Position numbers and translations under genes: made by a program. This document shows positions 1-9,329 of a DNA stretch of 54,973 bases, one piece after another (the stretch's first letter is position 1; each line of letters opens with the position of its first letter). The notes below the pieces were generated by a model, which was not told the DNA's origin, did no database searches, and worked only from the letters and a program-made list of their open reading frames with translations. The stretch comes from Candidatus Eiseniibacteriota bacterium (lineage in GTDB: Bacteria > Eisenbacteria > RBG-16-71-46). The stretch spans positions 1 to 54,973 of the forward strand of contig JBGPFC010000028.1 in assembly GCA_041483195.1 (NCBI GenBank), read 5' to 3'.

Positions 1-518
1 ACACGAACAACGTGGTGGTTTCCGCCAGCGACCCAGAGAGCGACGCTCTGACCTATGCCGCGTATTTCCTGCATGACGGCATGAGTTTCACGCCCACGAC
101 TCGCACCCTGTCGTGGTACCCGACGGACTCGGTCGGGGCGACCTTCAACGTGAAGTTGGTCGTTACGACGCCGAGCGGCGGAGTGGATGCAATCATCGCG
201 AGAATCACGGTAGTTCCGTACGCCGGCCCATCACGCGCGGGGCGGCCGGTTCAGGAGCAGGCGGAATGGTCCATCAAGGCGGACTCGCGCACGGGGATTT
301 TCGCGGTGACCACGCCGGCGCTGGGCACCTCCGACGCCACGTTGACCGTGTTCGACGTGGCGGGACGAAGGCTTGCACGAATCCGCGGGCGGAGCGGTTC
401 AGCGCTGGTGTGGCGGGGGGTGACAGCCTCTGGCGCAAGGGTGGCATCGGGCGTCTACCTGTACCGGGTGCAGATCGAGGCCCTGACAAGGTCTGGAAAG
501 TGGCTCATCGCACGGTAG
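1..518 (+). CDS. Partial (5'-truncated) secreted protein: cadherin/Ig-like domain plus FlgD-Ig/T9SS-like C-terminal domain
   Basis: Frame is open from the window start. ASDPESDALTY...LSWYP is a cadherin/He_PIG-like motif. The C-terminus 'LTVFDVAGRRL...WRG...G.RVASGVYLYRV' is FlgD-Ig-like. Confidence 0.75.
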   Translation, partial: TNNVVVSASDPESDALTYAAYFLHDGMSFTPTTRTLSWYPTDSVGATFNVKLVVTTPSGGVDAIIARITVVPYAGPSRAGRPVQEQAEWSIKADSRTGIFAVTTPALGTSDATLTVFDVAGRRLARIRGRSGSALVWRGVTASGARVASGVYLYRVQIEALTRSGKWLIAR

Positions 519-526
519 GAGTCGGA

Positions 527-1183
527 GTGTGGCGGTGGGGGAGTCAGTTCCTAGCCCTCGCGATCCTGATTGCGATTCCGACGCTTGGGTTATGGCTTGG
601 TCCGGCACAGGCCGCCCCCTGCAATGAGACGCTTGCCGGGCACGACTCCACTCATGCTCAAACGGCCGAGGCAGAGTTCTTCGGGCGGGCGATCGGCCAG
701 ACGTTCTATGCTCCAGACACTATCATTCAATCGATAAGTGTGTGGCGCTACCCCTTACAGCGATCCTATTATCCGTATGTCATTCTCTATGTCACCGGGG
801 TCGACTCCATGGGATTTCCGAACTACCCAGTCCTTCAGACAGGGCCTGTCGTCCTGCCCGAACAATATGACGATGGTGTCCATCCCGTTCGGATTGACTT
901 CGCCCTCGATCCCGCTCTGGTGTTGCCTCGAAGGGGGCTATACTTCTTTGCGGTCAAGGATTATTCCTGCGACGACGGGATTGCGCTTCTGGCCGATTCG
1001 ACGAATGGCTATCCGGAGGGCCGTGCATGGACCACGAGTCCGATCTGGGATTGCTCGACTGTCGGCCCGGCGCAGCCGCGTCCGCCGATGATTGATTTGA
1101 TTTTCAAGGTTGTCTTCTGCGCCGATACGACCACCGCGGTAAGGCACACGTCATGGGGAGAGTTGAAGCGCCGTTACAGATGA
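527..1183 (+). CDS. Secreted hypothetical protein with C-terminal 'TTAVRHTSWGELKRRYR' motif
   Basis: AGGAG at 517-521 precedes GTG 527. Hydrophobic signal peptide ends AQA/AP. The SWG-x-LK-xx-YR tail is a recurring C-terminal motif of secreted proteins in this group of lineages. Confidence 0.75.
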   Translation: MWRWGSQFLALAILIAIPTLGLWLGPAQAAPCNETLAGHDSTHAQTAEAEFFGRAIGQTFYAPDTIIQSISVWRYPLQRSYYPYVILYVTGVDSMGFPNYPVLQTGPVVLPEQYDDGVHPVRIDFALDPALVLPRRGLYFFAVKDYSCDDGIALLADSTNGYPEGRAWTTSPIWDCSTVGPAQPRPPMIDLIFKVVFCADTTTAVRHTSWGELKRRYR

Positions 1184-1312
1184 GCGGCATCTGACGCCTG
1201 CACTGTGTGAGCGTTATCCCGGGGCCGGCGCGGCGAAGCACAGGCTGGGGGGCTGCGAGATCCGAGCCGCGCGCTGGCCGCGAATCGCCCGCGCGGGTAG
1301 TCTTTGGGTTCC

Positions 1313-3466
1313 ATGAGCGCGCCGATCCGCCAGCACGAGACCGTCTCCCACTACCGCCTGATCGAGCAGCTCGGCCAGGGCGCGATGGGCGAGGTGTGGC
1401 TCGCCGAGGACACGCAATTGCCGCGCAAGGTCGCGGTCAAGCTGCTGCCGCGCCATCTCGCCAAGGATCCCGAGGCGGTGGACCGGCTGCTGCGCGAGGC
1501 GCAGGCGGCCGCGAGCGTGGATCATCCGGGCGTGGTCACCGTCTACGAGGCGGGGCTCGCCGACGGGCGTCCCTACATCGTCATGCAGCGCGTCGAGGGC
1601 GACACGCTCGAGGAGCGGCTCGCGTCGGGCCCGCTCGCTGTGGACGATGCGATCGCTATGACCATCCAGATCGCGGACGCGCTGGCGGAGGTGCACGCGC
1701 TCGGGATCGTGCATCGCGACCTCAAGCCGTCGAACGTGGTGCTCACCGCGCGCGGGGCGAAGGTGCTCGACTTCGGGATCGCGAGCGTGAAGGGCTCGCC
1801 GCGACTCACGTCGACCGGCGCGTCGCTCGGCACGCCGTTCACGATGAGTCCCGAGCAGTGGAAGGGCCAGCCCCCCGACAATCGGAGCGACCTGTGGTCG
1901 CTGGGCGTCATGCTCTACCAGTCGCTGACCGGGAAGCTGCCGTTCGAGGGCGCGGGGTTCGAGGCGCTGATGCACGCGATCCTGAACCAGCAGCCGTCGG
2001 CGCCCGGCGCGCTGCGCAGCGGCGTCGGTCCCGATCTCGACTTCATCGTGATGAAGCTGCTGCGCAAGGACCCGGCGCACCGCTACGCGCGCGCCGAGGA
2101 GCTGATCTCGGACCTCACGAACTGCGAGGTGTGCCGCGCTCCGGTGGACGCCTCCGCTCCGCCGTCCGCGCCCGCGACCCCGCGCCTCGCGGTGCTCCCG
2201 TTCGAGGTGATGAGCGCAGATGCCGACGACGCGTTCCTCGCGGCCGGGCTCGCGGAGGATCTGATCGTGGATCTCACGCGCCTCGGCGGCCTGCAGGTCG
2301 CATCGCGCGCCGAGGTCGTGGCCTACCGCGATCGGCAGGTCCCGCCGCGCACGCTGGCGCGCGAGCTGGGGGTGGAGTTCGTGCTGCCCGGCAGCGTGCG
2401 GCGCGCGGGGAATCGCGCGCGCATCAGCACCCAGCTGGTGCGTGCCGCCGACGGTCATACGCTGTGGGCCGAGCGCTTCGACCGCACCATCGAGGACCTG
2501 TTCGAGGTGCAGGCCGAGGTCTCGAAGCGCATCGTCGAGGCGCTGCAGGTCGCGCTGCGGCCCGGCGAGCGCGAGATGCTGGACCGCGCCCCGACCCGCA
2601 GCGCGGAGGCGTACGGGTTCTACCTCCGCGCGCTCGAGCTCGGGGAGCGGCGATCGCGCGAGGCCAGCGTCTCCGCCGAGGAGCTGCTCAAGCGGGCGCT
2701 CGAGCTGGATTCGAACTTCGCGCTGGCGCACGCGGCGCTCGGCGAGGTCTACGCCCGCCGCGGGCTGACGTGGTACGCGGGGCTCGAGGTCGCGGACGAG
2801 GCCGAGGCCTGCGCGAAACGCGCGCTCCGGCTCGAGCCCGATCTGCTGGAGGGGCACCTGGTGCTGGCGATGGTGTATCGCCTGCGCGGGCAGCCCGACC
2901 AGTTGCTCGTCGAGATCGACCGCGTGATGGCGATCGATGCGAATCACGCGGAGGCGATGCAGTGGGCGGCGTGGAGCTACATGTCGATCGGGAAGCCGGA
3001 GCGCGCGCTGAGCCTGCTCGAGCGCGTCGTCGAGCGCCAGCCGGACGATTACCAGGCGCTCAGCTTCCTCGCGAACTGCTACAGCATGCTGGGCCGCGAG
3101 GAGGACTCCGATCGCGCGAATCGCCAGTGCCGCGAGCGGACGCTCGAGCTGGTGCGACGCCACCCGGAAAACGCGCACGCTCGGTCGGTCCTGGCCGGCA
3201 TGCTGATCCAGCTCGGCGAGCGCGACGCCGGAATCGAGCAGGCCGAGCGCACGATCGAGATGGCGCCCGACGACGGCCGCATCCGCTACAACGCTGCGTG
3301 CGCGTTCGCGCGCGCCGGCCTCGTACAACGCGCGATCGACGAGCTCAAGGAGGGCGTGCGGCAGATCCCGACCTACGTCGCGGACTGGCCGCGTTACGAT
3401 CCCGACCTCGCGAACCTGCACGACGATCCCGAGTTCATTCGCATGTTCGGCCGCGCCGGGGACTGA
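1313..3466 (+). CDS. Hanks-type Ser/Thr protein kinase with TolB-N-like and TPR domains
   Basis: Kinase motifs LGQGAMGEV, VAVK, HRDLKPSN, DFG, SPEQ and DLWSLG are present. They are followed by an LAVLPF...G+AEDLI TolB-like domain and TPR helices. Confidence 0.93.
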   Translation: MSAPIRQHETVSHYRLIEQLGQGAMGEVWLAEDTQLPRKVAVKLLPRHLAKDPEAVDRLLREAQAAASVDHPGVVTVYEAGLADGRPYIVMQRVEGDTLEERLASGPLAVDDAIAMTIQIADALAEVHALGIVHRDLKPSNVVLTARGAKVLDFGIASVKGSPRLTSTGASLGTPFTMSPEQWKGQPPDNRSDLWSLGVMLYQSLTGKLPFEGAGFEALMHAILNQQPSAPGALRSGVGPDLDFIVMKLLRKDPAHRYARAEELISDLTNCEVCRAPVDASAPPSAPATPRLAVLPFEVMSADADDAFLAAGLAEDLIVDLTRLGGLQVASRAEVVAYRDRQVPPRTLARELGVEFVLPGSVRRAGNRARISTQLVRAADGHTLWAERFDRTIEDLFEVQAEVSKRIVEALQVALRPGEREMLDRAPTRSAEAYGFYLRALELGERRSREASVSAEELLKRALELDSNFALAHAALGEVYARRGLTWYAGLEVADEAEACAKRALRLEPDLLEGHLVLAMVYRLRGQPDQLLVEIDRVMAIDANHAEAMQWAAWSYMSIGKPERALSLLERVVERQPDDYQALSFLANCYSMLGREEDSDRANRQCRERTLELVRRHPENAHARSVLAGMLIQLGERDAGIEQAERTIEMAPDDGRIRYNAACAFARAGLVQRAIDELKEGVRQIPTYVADWPRYDPDLANLHDDPEFIRMFGRAGD

Positions 3467-3615
3467 CGCGCCGGCGTCCAGCCTTTGTTCAGAGCACGCG
3501 CCCGTGGCACGCGCCCGCGCGCTCGGCGTCTCGAACTCCGCTTCCAACCCTTTGCGCTGTCCCCGGGTCTAATGGCGTCGCAATCTACATGCGCGTCGAC
3601 CGGAGGAGACCCCCG

Positions 3616-6291
3616 ATGTCCCTTGCCACGCTTCCGATCATGCTGCTCGCCGCCGCGTCCGTGACCGCGGCAGGCAACGACAATCTGGCTGCGACTCAGC
3701 ACCCGGTGCCGGCCGTGCGCGCGACCTCATCGGTCGTCGTCGACGGCGCACTCACCGAAGCGGTGTGGCGGAGCGCCGCGCTCGCCGACTGGTTCCGGCA
3801 GAGCGATCCCGAGGAGGGCGCGCCCGCGAGCCAGCGCACCGAGGTGCGGGTGGCGTACGACGACGAGGCGCTCTACGTGGGCGCCCGCATGTTCGACACC
3901 GCGCCCGATTCGATCGTCGCGCGTCTGAGCCGGCGCGACGTGAGCATCGCGGCGGACCGTTTCGCGATCTACCTCGATCCCTACCACGACAAGCGCACCG
4001 GCTACTACTTCCTCGTCAACGTGTCGGGCACGCTGTTCGACGGGACGCTCTCAAACGACGGCTGGGAGGACAGCTCGTGGGACGGGGTGTGGGAGGCGAA
4101 GGCGCGCCGCGACTCGCTGGGCTGGACCTGCGAGATGAAGATTCCCTTCTCGCAGCTCCGCTTCGCGAAGACCAGCCACTTCGAGTGGGGCATCAACTTC
4201 CGGCGCGTGATCCCGCGCCGCAACGAAGAAGACTTCCTGGTGTTCCAGCCCAAGAAGGAGAGCGGGTTCGTCTCGCGCTGGCCGGTGATCTCGGGCATGG
4301 AGAACGTCCATCCCGGCCGCTCGATCGAGCTGATGCCCTACCTCACGACCAAGGGCGAGTTCCTGCGCCACGCCCCGCACGATCCGTTCAACGACGGCTC
4401 GGAGTACAAGCCGGAGGGCGGCACGGATCTGCGCATGGGCGTGGGCAGCAAGCTCACGCTCAACGCCACGGTGAACCCCGACTTCGGACAGGTCGAGGTG
4501 GATCCCGCGACCGTCAACCTCGGCAACGTCGAGACCTACTTCCAGGAGAAGCGGCCGTTCTTCGTCGAGAACTCGTCGGCGTTCAATTGCGGCAACCAGG
4601 GGGCGAACGACTACTGGGGCTTCAACTGGCCGGAGCCCACGTTCTTCTACTCGCGCCGCATCGGGCGCTCGCCGGAGGGCAGCGTCAACTCGAACGCGGA
4701 CTTCGTGAACGCGCCGATCGGCACCAGCATCATCGGCGCGGCCAAGCTCACCGGCAAGCTCTCGCCGAGCGTGAACTTCGGAACGCTCAGCGCGCTGACC
4801 GCGCGCGAGCAAGCCCGGATCGACGTGGGCGGCGTGCACTCCGATCAGGAGATCGAGCCGCTCACCTACTACGGCGTGGGGCGCGGGCTGAAGGAGTTCG
4901 GCGACGGGCGGCGGGGCGTCGGCGTGATGACCACGCTCACCGCGCGCATGTTCCGGGATCCGTTGCTGACCGACCAGCTCAACCGCCAGGCGTTGATGAC
5001 GGCGATGGATGGCTGGACCTTCCTCGATCACGACCAGACCTGGGTGATCTCCGGGTGGTCCGCGATGTCCCGCATCGCGGGGACGAAGGCGGAGATCTCG
5101 GGCATCCAGCAGGATCGCCTGCACTATTTCCAGCGGCCCGACGCCGGCAAGCTGAGCGTGGATCCCAACGCGACGTCGCTCACGGGCTTCGGCAGCCGCT
5201 ACTGGCTGAACAAGCAGAAGGGGAACGTGATCTGCAACGCGGCGGTGGGATTCATGGATCCGAAGTTCGACGTGAACGACATGGGCTACATGCGGCGCGC
5301 AGACGTCATCAACAGCCACGTCGGGGGCGGCTACAAGTGGACCACCCCGACCCGGCTTCGCAAGTACCAGAACGTGCTGGCCGCGGTGTTCGCGAGCTAC
5401 AACTTCGCCGGGGATCGGACCTGGGGCGGCGTGTGGGGCGGCGGCTCGACCGAGTTCGCGAACAACTACAGCTGGAACTACAAGCTGTCGTACAACCCGC
5501 AGAGCGTGAGCGACCGGAGCACCCGCGGCGGACCCCTCACCATCAACCAGCCCGGCACCGAGTACTACATGTACTTCGACACCGACGGCAGCCACAAGCT
5601 GTTCTACTTCCTCGAGACCGACAGCTACACGCAGACGTCGGGCTCGTGGAATACGTGGATCAACCCCGGCATCGAGTGGAAGCCGGTCTCGAACCTGCTG
5701 CTGCGCGTGGGGCCGGAGTGGACGCGCGTTCACGAGGACGCCCAGTACATCGGAGCTTTCGCCGATCCGCTGGCGGGCGCCACCTACGGGACGCGTTACG
5801 TGTTCAGCACGCTGGACCAGCGCACGCTCTCCGCGAGCGTACGTCTCAACTGGGCGTTCACCCCGACGCTGAGCTTCCAGTTCTACGGGCAGCCGCTGAT
5901 CTCGACCGGCGACTACGGCGACTTCAAGGAGCTGCGGCACGCGCGCAGCTACGACTTCGCGCACTACCTCGCGGCGGGCGGGACCTACGACAAGGCGACC
6001 GGCATGCTCGATCCCGACGGACCGGGCCCGGCGCCGGCGTTCGAGGTGAGCAATCCCGACTGGGGATTCGGCGGCCACCCCGACTTCAACTTCAAGTCGC
6101 TGCGCGGAAACGCCGTGATTCGCTGGGAGTACCGGCCGGGCTCCACGTTCTTCCTGGTGTGGACCCAGGACCGCAACGAGCTCGCGCAGCACTTCGGCGA
6201 TTTCGCGGTCGGACGCTCGTTCGACCGGCTCGTGACCGTGCAGCCGGACAACATCTTCCTCGCGAAGGTGTCCTACTACTTCAACCTCTGA
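3616..6291 (+). CDS. CBM9-like/DUF5916 family outer-membrane protein
   Basis: GGAGG at 3602-3606 precedes ATG 3616. Contains a signal peptide, VDG.L.E.VW / YD.EALY CBM9-like segment, TVNPDFGQVEVD and EKRPFF motifs, and an aromatic C-terminus YYFNL. Confidence 0.85.
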   Translation: MSLATLPIMLLAAASVTAAGNDNLAATQHPVPAVRATSSVVVDGALTEAVWRSAALADWFRQSDPEEGAPASQRTEVRVAYDDEALYVGARMFDTAPDSIVARLSRRDVSIAADRFAIYLDPYHDKRTGYYFLVNVSGTLFDGTLSNDGWEDSSWDGVWEAKARRDSLGWTCEMKIPFSQLRFAKTSHFEWGINFRRVIPRRNEEDFLVFQPKKESGFVSRWPVISGMENVHPGRSIELMPYLTTKGEFLRHAPHDPFNDGSEYKPEGGTDLRMGVGSKLTLNATVNPDFGQVEVDPATVNLGNVETYFQEKRPFFVENSSAFNCGNQGANDYWGFNWPEPTFFYSRRIGRSPEGSVNSNADFVNAPIGTSIIGAAKLTGKLSPSVNFGTLSALTAREQARIDVGGVHSDQEIEPLTYYGVGRGLKEFGDGRRGVGVMTTLTARMFRDPLLTDQLNRQALMTAMDGWTFLDHDQTWVISGWSAMSRIAGTKAEISGIQQDRLHYFQRPDAGKLSVDPNATSLTGFGSRYWLNKQKGNVICNAAVGFMDPKFDVNDMGYMRRADVINSHVGGGYKWTTPTRLRKYQNVLAAVFASYNFAGDRTWGGVWGGGSTEFANNYSWNYKLSYNPQSVSDRSTRGGPLTINQPGTEYYMYFDTDGSHKLFYFLETDSYTQTSGSWNTWINPGIEWKPVSNLLLRVGPEWTRVHEDAQYIGAFADPLAGATYGTRYVFSTLDQRTLSASVRLNWAFTPTLSFQFYGQPLISTGDYGDFKELRHARSYDFAHYLAAGGTYDKATGMLDPDGPGPAPAFEVSNPDWGFGGHPDFNFKSLRGNAVIRWEYRPGSTFFLVWTQDRNELAQHFGDFAVGRSFDRLVTVQPDNIFLAKVSYYFNL

Positions 6292-6356
6292 GCGGAGCAG
6301 CCTGACCGGGCGGGGCTCGTACCCCGCGGTCCTCCCTGACCGGGCGAGGACCAAAG

Positions 6357-6391
6357 CACGAAGCCCGACGCGCAAGCGCCGGGCTTTCGTG
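6357..6391. terminator. Probable bidirectional intrinsic terminator between convergent genes
   Basis: AAGCCCG-ACGC-GCAA-GCGC-CGGGCTT stem with a GNRA loop, extended by CACG/CGTG, lies between stops at 6291 and 6419. Confidence 0.65.
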
Positions 6392-6418
6392 TTGCAAGGG
6401 GCGATGCGGATGCCCGAT

Positions 6419-7429
6419 TCAATGCGTGAGCGTGACCTTGCGCGAGACCGCCCTGCCGGCGGGATCGGTGAGCCGGATGAAGTAGAGACCGTCCTTGAGG
6501 CGTGCACGGTTCTCGCCCTTGCCATCCCAGTACGAGGCGTGGGTTCCCGCCACGCGGAACTCGTGGAGCACCGCGCGCACCTTGCGTCCCTGGATGTCGA
6601 ACACGGAGATGTCCACGACGCCATCGCGCTCGATCGTGAAGGACAGGTCGGTGCACTTGACCATCGGATTCGGATACGGCGGCTCGAGCGCGGTGCGCAG
6701 CACGAGCGGCGAGGGGTGGGGCGGCACATCCACGTTGCTGCCGGCGGTGGTGCTCTCCGCGGTGGTGAAGATGAAATCCCCGCTGCCGACCGAGGCGAGG
6801 TCGCCGTTCGCGGAGTTGCTGGCGGCGAAGAAGTAGATCTTGCCGCTGTCACCCGGTGGCGAGTGCCACTGGACGTGCCACTCGATGGGTCCCGCCTGGC
6901 CATGGTGGTTTGCCGAATGAATCTCGAACGGGTCCGACGTGAACGGCATGTATCGCGTGTGCTCGATGTATCGCCGGTTCTTGTACACGCTGGTGGGCGC
7001 GGTCCTCACGATCCTGAATGTGTCGGGCGGGGCGTTCGCGCCGAGCACCCACCAGCCGGCGCTGTCGCCGGTCGAGGCCTGCACCGCCTGCATCTGGAAG
7101 CCCCAGCGCACCGAGTCGTCGGGAGGGGCAAGCGGCGGGTAAGGACTCCACGTGTGCTCGATGTGCACGCGGAGCGTGTAGGTGTTTCCCGGAATGTAAT
7201 TCGTCGGCACGTCGAGGATGCGCAGCATGCCGCTCGGATCGTTGATGCCGGGGGGGACCCCGCTCAAGTCCGCGGTGTGGCACACCGTGCAGTTGGGCTC
7301 GGCGGCCTTGTTCTGCACCTTCCACGCGCCGGTCCGCGTCGCGACCGGGCCCTCGGACAGGGCGAGCGCGAGGCTCGTGCCGCCGACCAATGAGACGAGC
7401 ACGGAGACCCGGACGATGGTGCTGCGCAT
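6419..7429 (-). CDS. Secreted choice-of-anchor V/Reeler-like protein with CxxCH motif and FlgD-Ig C-terminal domain
   Basis: GAGGA RBS precedes ATG 7429. Contains a signal peptide, TGA..EPNCTVCH, WGFQ, 'W.SP...G.I.F.AA.N.ANGD...SGD.I' and a C-terminal YPNP...FDIQGRKV...WDGK...GLYF. Confidence 0.8.
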   Translation of the reverse strand: MRSTIVRVSVLVSLVGGTSLALALSEGPVATRTGAWKVQNKAAEPNCTVCHTADLSGVPPGINDPSGMLRILDVPTNYIPGNTYTLRVHIEHTWSPYPPLAPPDDSVRWGFQMQAVQASTGDSAGWWVLGANAPPDTFRIVRTAPTSVYKNRRYIEHTRYMPFTSDPFEIHSANHHGQAGPIEWHVQWHSPPGDSGKIYFFAASNSANGDLASVGSGDFIFTTAESTTAGSNVDVPPHPSPLVLRTALEPPYPNPMVKCTDLSFTIERDGVVDISVFDIQGRKVRAVLHEFRVAGTHASYWDGKGENRARLKDGLYFIRLTDPAGRAVSRKVTLTH

Positions 7430-7622
7430 GATGCATCCTCGGAGCGGGGGGTCGAAGTCGTCGGGAAAGCGGCCCGAAGATGATACTCGACCGTCGCCGG
7501 TTTTGCCGCCGAAAAATCGAGCCATGCATGCCGCACGGCCCCCGGCCCGGCCGCGAGATGGCGCGTCCCGGACGCTCCAGCGGCGGTCCGGGGCGAGGCC
7601 CATCGCCGCGGGTGGCCTGCGC

Positions 7623-7651
7623 TCGACCCCCATGGGGCCAGCCGTTATACT
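7623..7651 (+). promoter_or_regulatory. sigma70-type promoter for mqnE-rhodanese
   Basis: TCGACC-17nt-TATACT. Confidence 0.55.
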
Positions 7652-7680
7652 GCGCGCGCTCCGGACCCGAAAGGACCCTG

Positions 7681-8850
7681 ATGAAACCCGTTTCAAGCCG
7701 TTTCCTCGCCGAGCTCACCCCGCGCGATCCGATCGTGAGCGGCGCCCGGGACGCCCTGCTCCGGGGCGGCCGGCTGAGCCAGGAGGACGGGGTCCGGCTG
7801 TTCGAGGCCCCGGTTCTGGAGCTGGGCCGGCTCGCGAATGCCGTGGCCCGCGACCGTCATGGCGACCGGGTCTACTTCACGGTCAACCGCCAGCTGAACC
7901 CCACCAACGTGTGCGTGCTCGCGTGCCGCTTCTGCGACTACGCGAAGAAGCCAGGGGCCGAGGGCGCGTACACGATGACGAAGGAGCAGATCCTCGCCCA
8001 CGTCGATCCCGAGATCACCGAGATCCACATCGTGGGCGGCCTCCACAACAAGTGGCGCTTCGACGATTATCTGAACATCGTGCGCTGGGTGAAGGAGGCG
8101 AAGCCCTCGCTCAGCGTGAAGGCGTACACCGCCGTCGAGATCGACTTCTTCTGCCGGCTCACGAAGCAGCCCGCCGAGTGGGTGCTGGAGCGGCTGCGCG
8201 AGGCGGGGCTCGACGCGCTCCCGGGCGGCGGCGCCGAGGTGTTCAGCGAGCGCGTGCGCCGCGAGCTGTTCCACCAGAAGATCGGCGCGAAGCGCTGGCT
8301 CGAGATCCACGAGGTCGCGCATCGCCTCGGCATTCCCTCGAACGCGACGCTGCTCTACGGGCACATCGAGACGCACGCCGAGCGGGTGCAGCACATGATC
8401 ATGCTGCGCGAGCTCGAGGACCGATCTCCGGGCTTCTTCGCATTCATCCCGCTCGCGTTCCAGCCCGGCGTCACCGGCCTGGTGCGCCGCCAGGCCTCGG
8501 CGATCGAAGACCTCAAGACCATCGCGATCTCGCGGCTCATGTTCGACAACGTCCCACACGTGAAGAGCTACTGGGTGATGCTCGGCCAGGACACCGCGAG
8601 CATCGCGCTCAACTTCGGCGCGAGCGACATGGACGGGACCATCGGCGTCGAGAAGATCGCGCACGCCGCGCTCGCGAAGAGCCCGGTCGGAATGGCGGAG
8701 GCCGCGATGGTTCATGCCATCCGCGAGGCGGGCAAGCTGCCGGTGCAGCGCGACGCGCTCTACCGCGTGATCCGCGAGTACCGCGAGCCGGGCGTTGCGC
8801 CTGCGGCGCCCGTTGCGGCGCGCGTCGGTGACGAGCTGAGCGCACGATGA
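7681..8850 (+). CDS. mqnE: Aminofutalosine synthase MqnE (CofH-like radical SAM)
   Basis: NPTNVCVLACRFC, EIHIVGG, PGGGAE, NATLLYGH.E, FIPLAFQP, HVKSYW and DMDGT match the MqnE subfamily of CofH-like enzymes. Confidence 0.85.
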   Translation: MKPVSSRFLAELTPRDPIVSGARDALLRGGRLSQEDGVRLFEAPVLELGRLANAVARDRHGDRVYFTVNRQLNPTNVCVLACRFCDYAKKPGAEGAYTMTKEQILAHVDPEITEIHIVGGLHNKWRFDDYLNIVRWVKEAKPSLSVKAYTAVEIDFFCRLTKQPAEWVLERLREAGLDALPGGGAEVFSERVRRELFHQKIGAKRWLEIHEVAHRLGIPSNATLLYGHIETHAERVQHMIMLRELEDRSPGFFAFIPLAFQPGVTGLVRRQASAIEDLKTIAISRLMFDNVPHVKSYWVMLGQDTASIALNFGASDMDGTIGVEKIAHAALAKSPVGMAEAAMVHAIREAGKLPVQRDALYRVIREYREPGVAPAAPVAARVGDELSAR

Positions 8851-9221
8851 CCCACCATCATTCGCCAGGTTTCCTCGCGCTCGTCAACGACGCGAAGGCC
8901 CGCGTTCGACAGTTCACGATCGACGAGTATCGCCGCCGCGCCGAGGCCGGCGAGCCGTGGATCCTGGTTGACGTGCGGGAAGACCTCGAGTGGGCGGCCG
9001 GCCGGATTCCCGGCGCGATCCACCTGGGCAAGGGCGTGATCGAGCGCGACATCGAGACCACGATCGCCGAAAAGGCGGCTCCCATCGTGTGCTACTGCGG
9101 GGGCGGATTTCGCAGCGCGCTGGTGTGCGAAAACCTCCAGCGCATGGGCTACACCAACGCGGTGTCGATGGACGGCGGCATCCGCGGCTGGGTGGAGGCG
9201 GGGCTGCCGGTCGAGGAGTAA
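8847..9221 (+). CDS. Single-domain rhodanese (sulfurtransferase)
   Basis: Motifs DVRE..EW..G.IPGA, YCGGGFRS and GGIRGW; ATGA overlap with the mqnE stop. Confidence 0.9.
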   Translation: MTHHHSPGFLALVNDAKARVRQFTIDEYRRRAEAGEPWILVDVREDLEWAAGRIPGAIHLGKGVIERDIETTIAEKAAPIVCYCGGGFRSALVCENLQRMGYTNAVSMDGGIRGWVEAGLPVEE

Positions 9222-9287
9222 CGCGGGCGGCGCCCCGAGCCCTCGCGGGCGCTTCGATTCGGCGCCGGGCGCCCGTGAAGCCAAAGC

Positions 9288-9323
9288 TGCACACTTGTGC
9301 ACCGGCGCGGATTGCGCCAATAT
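9288..9323 (+). promoter_or_regulatory. Palindromic operator TGCAC-N4-GTGCA (putative LexA box) overlapping the -35 of a leaderless promoter
   Basis: TGCACACTTGTGCA at 9288-9301; TTGTGC(9295)-17nt-CAATAT(9318)-6nt-ATG. Confidence 0.6.
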
Positions 9324-9329
9324 TGCCCC

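Noticed and set aside
3505..3522. TGGCAC as a sigma54 promoter
   Set aside because: The -12 TTGC element is missing; it is part of a short GC-rich direct repeat (GCACGCGCCCG x2).
1207..3615. 1694-aa ORF 1207-6291 as a single protein
   Set aside because: The N-terminal half is an off-frame read of the kinase gene; the real gene starts at ATG 3616 after a GGAGG RBS.
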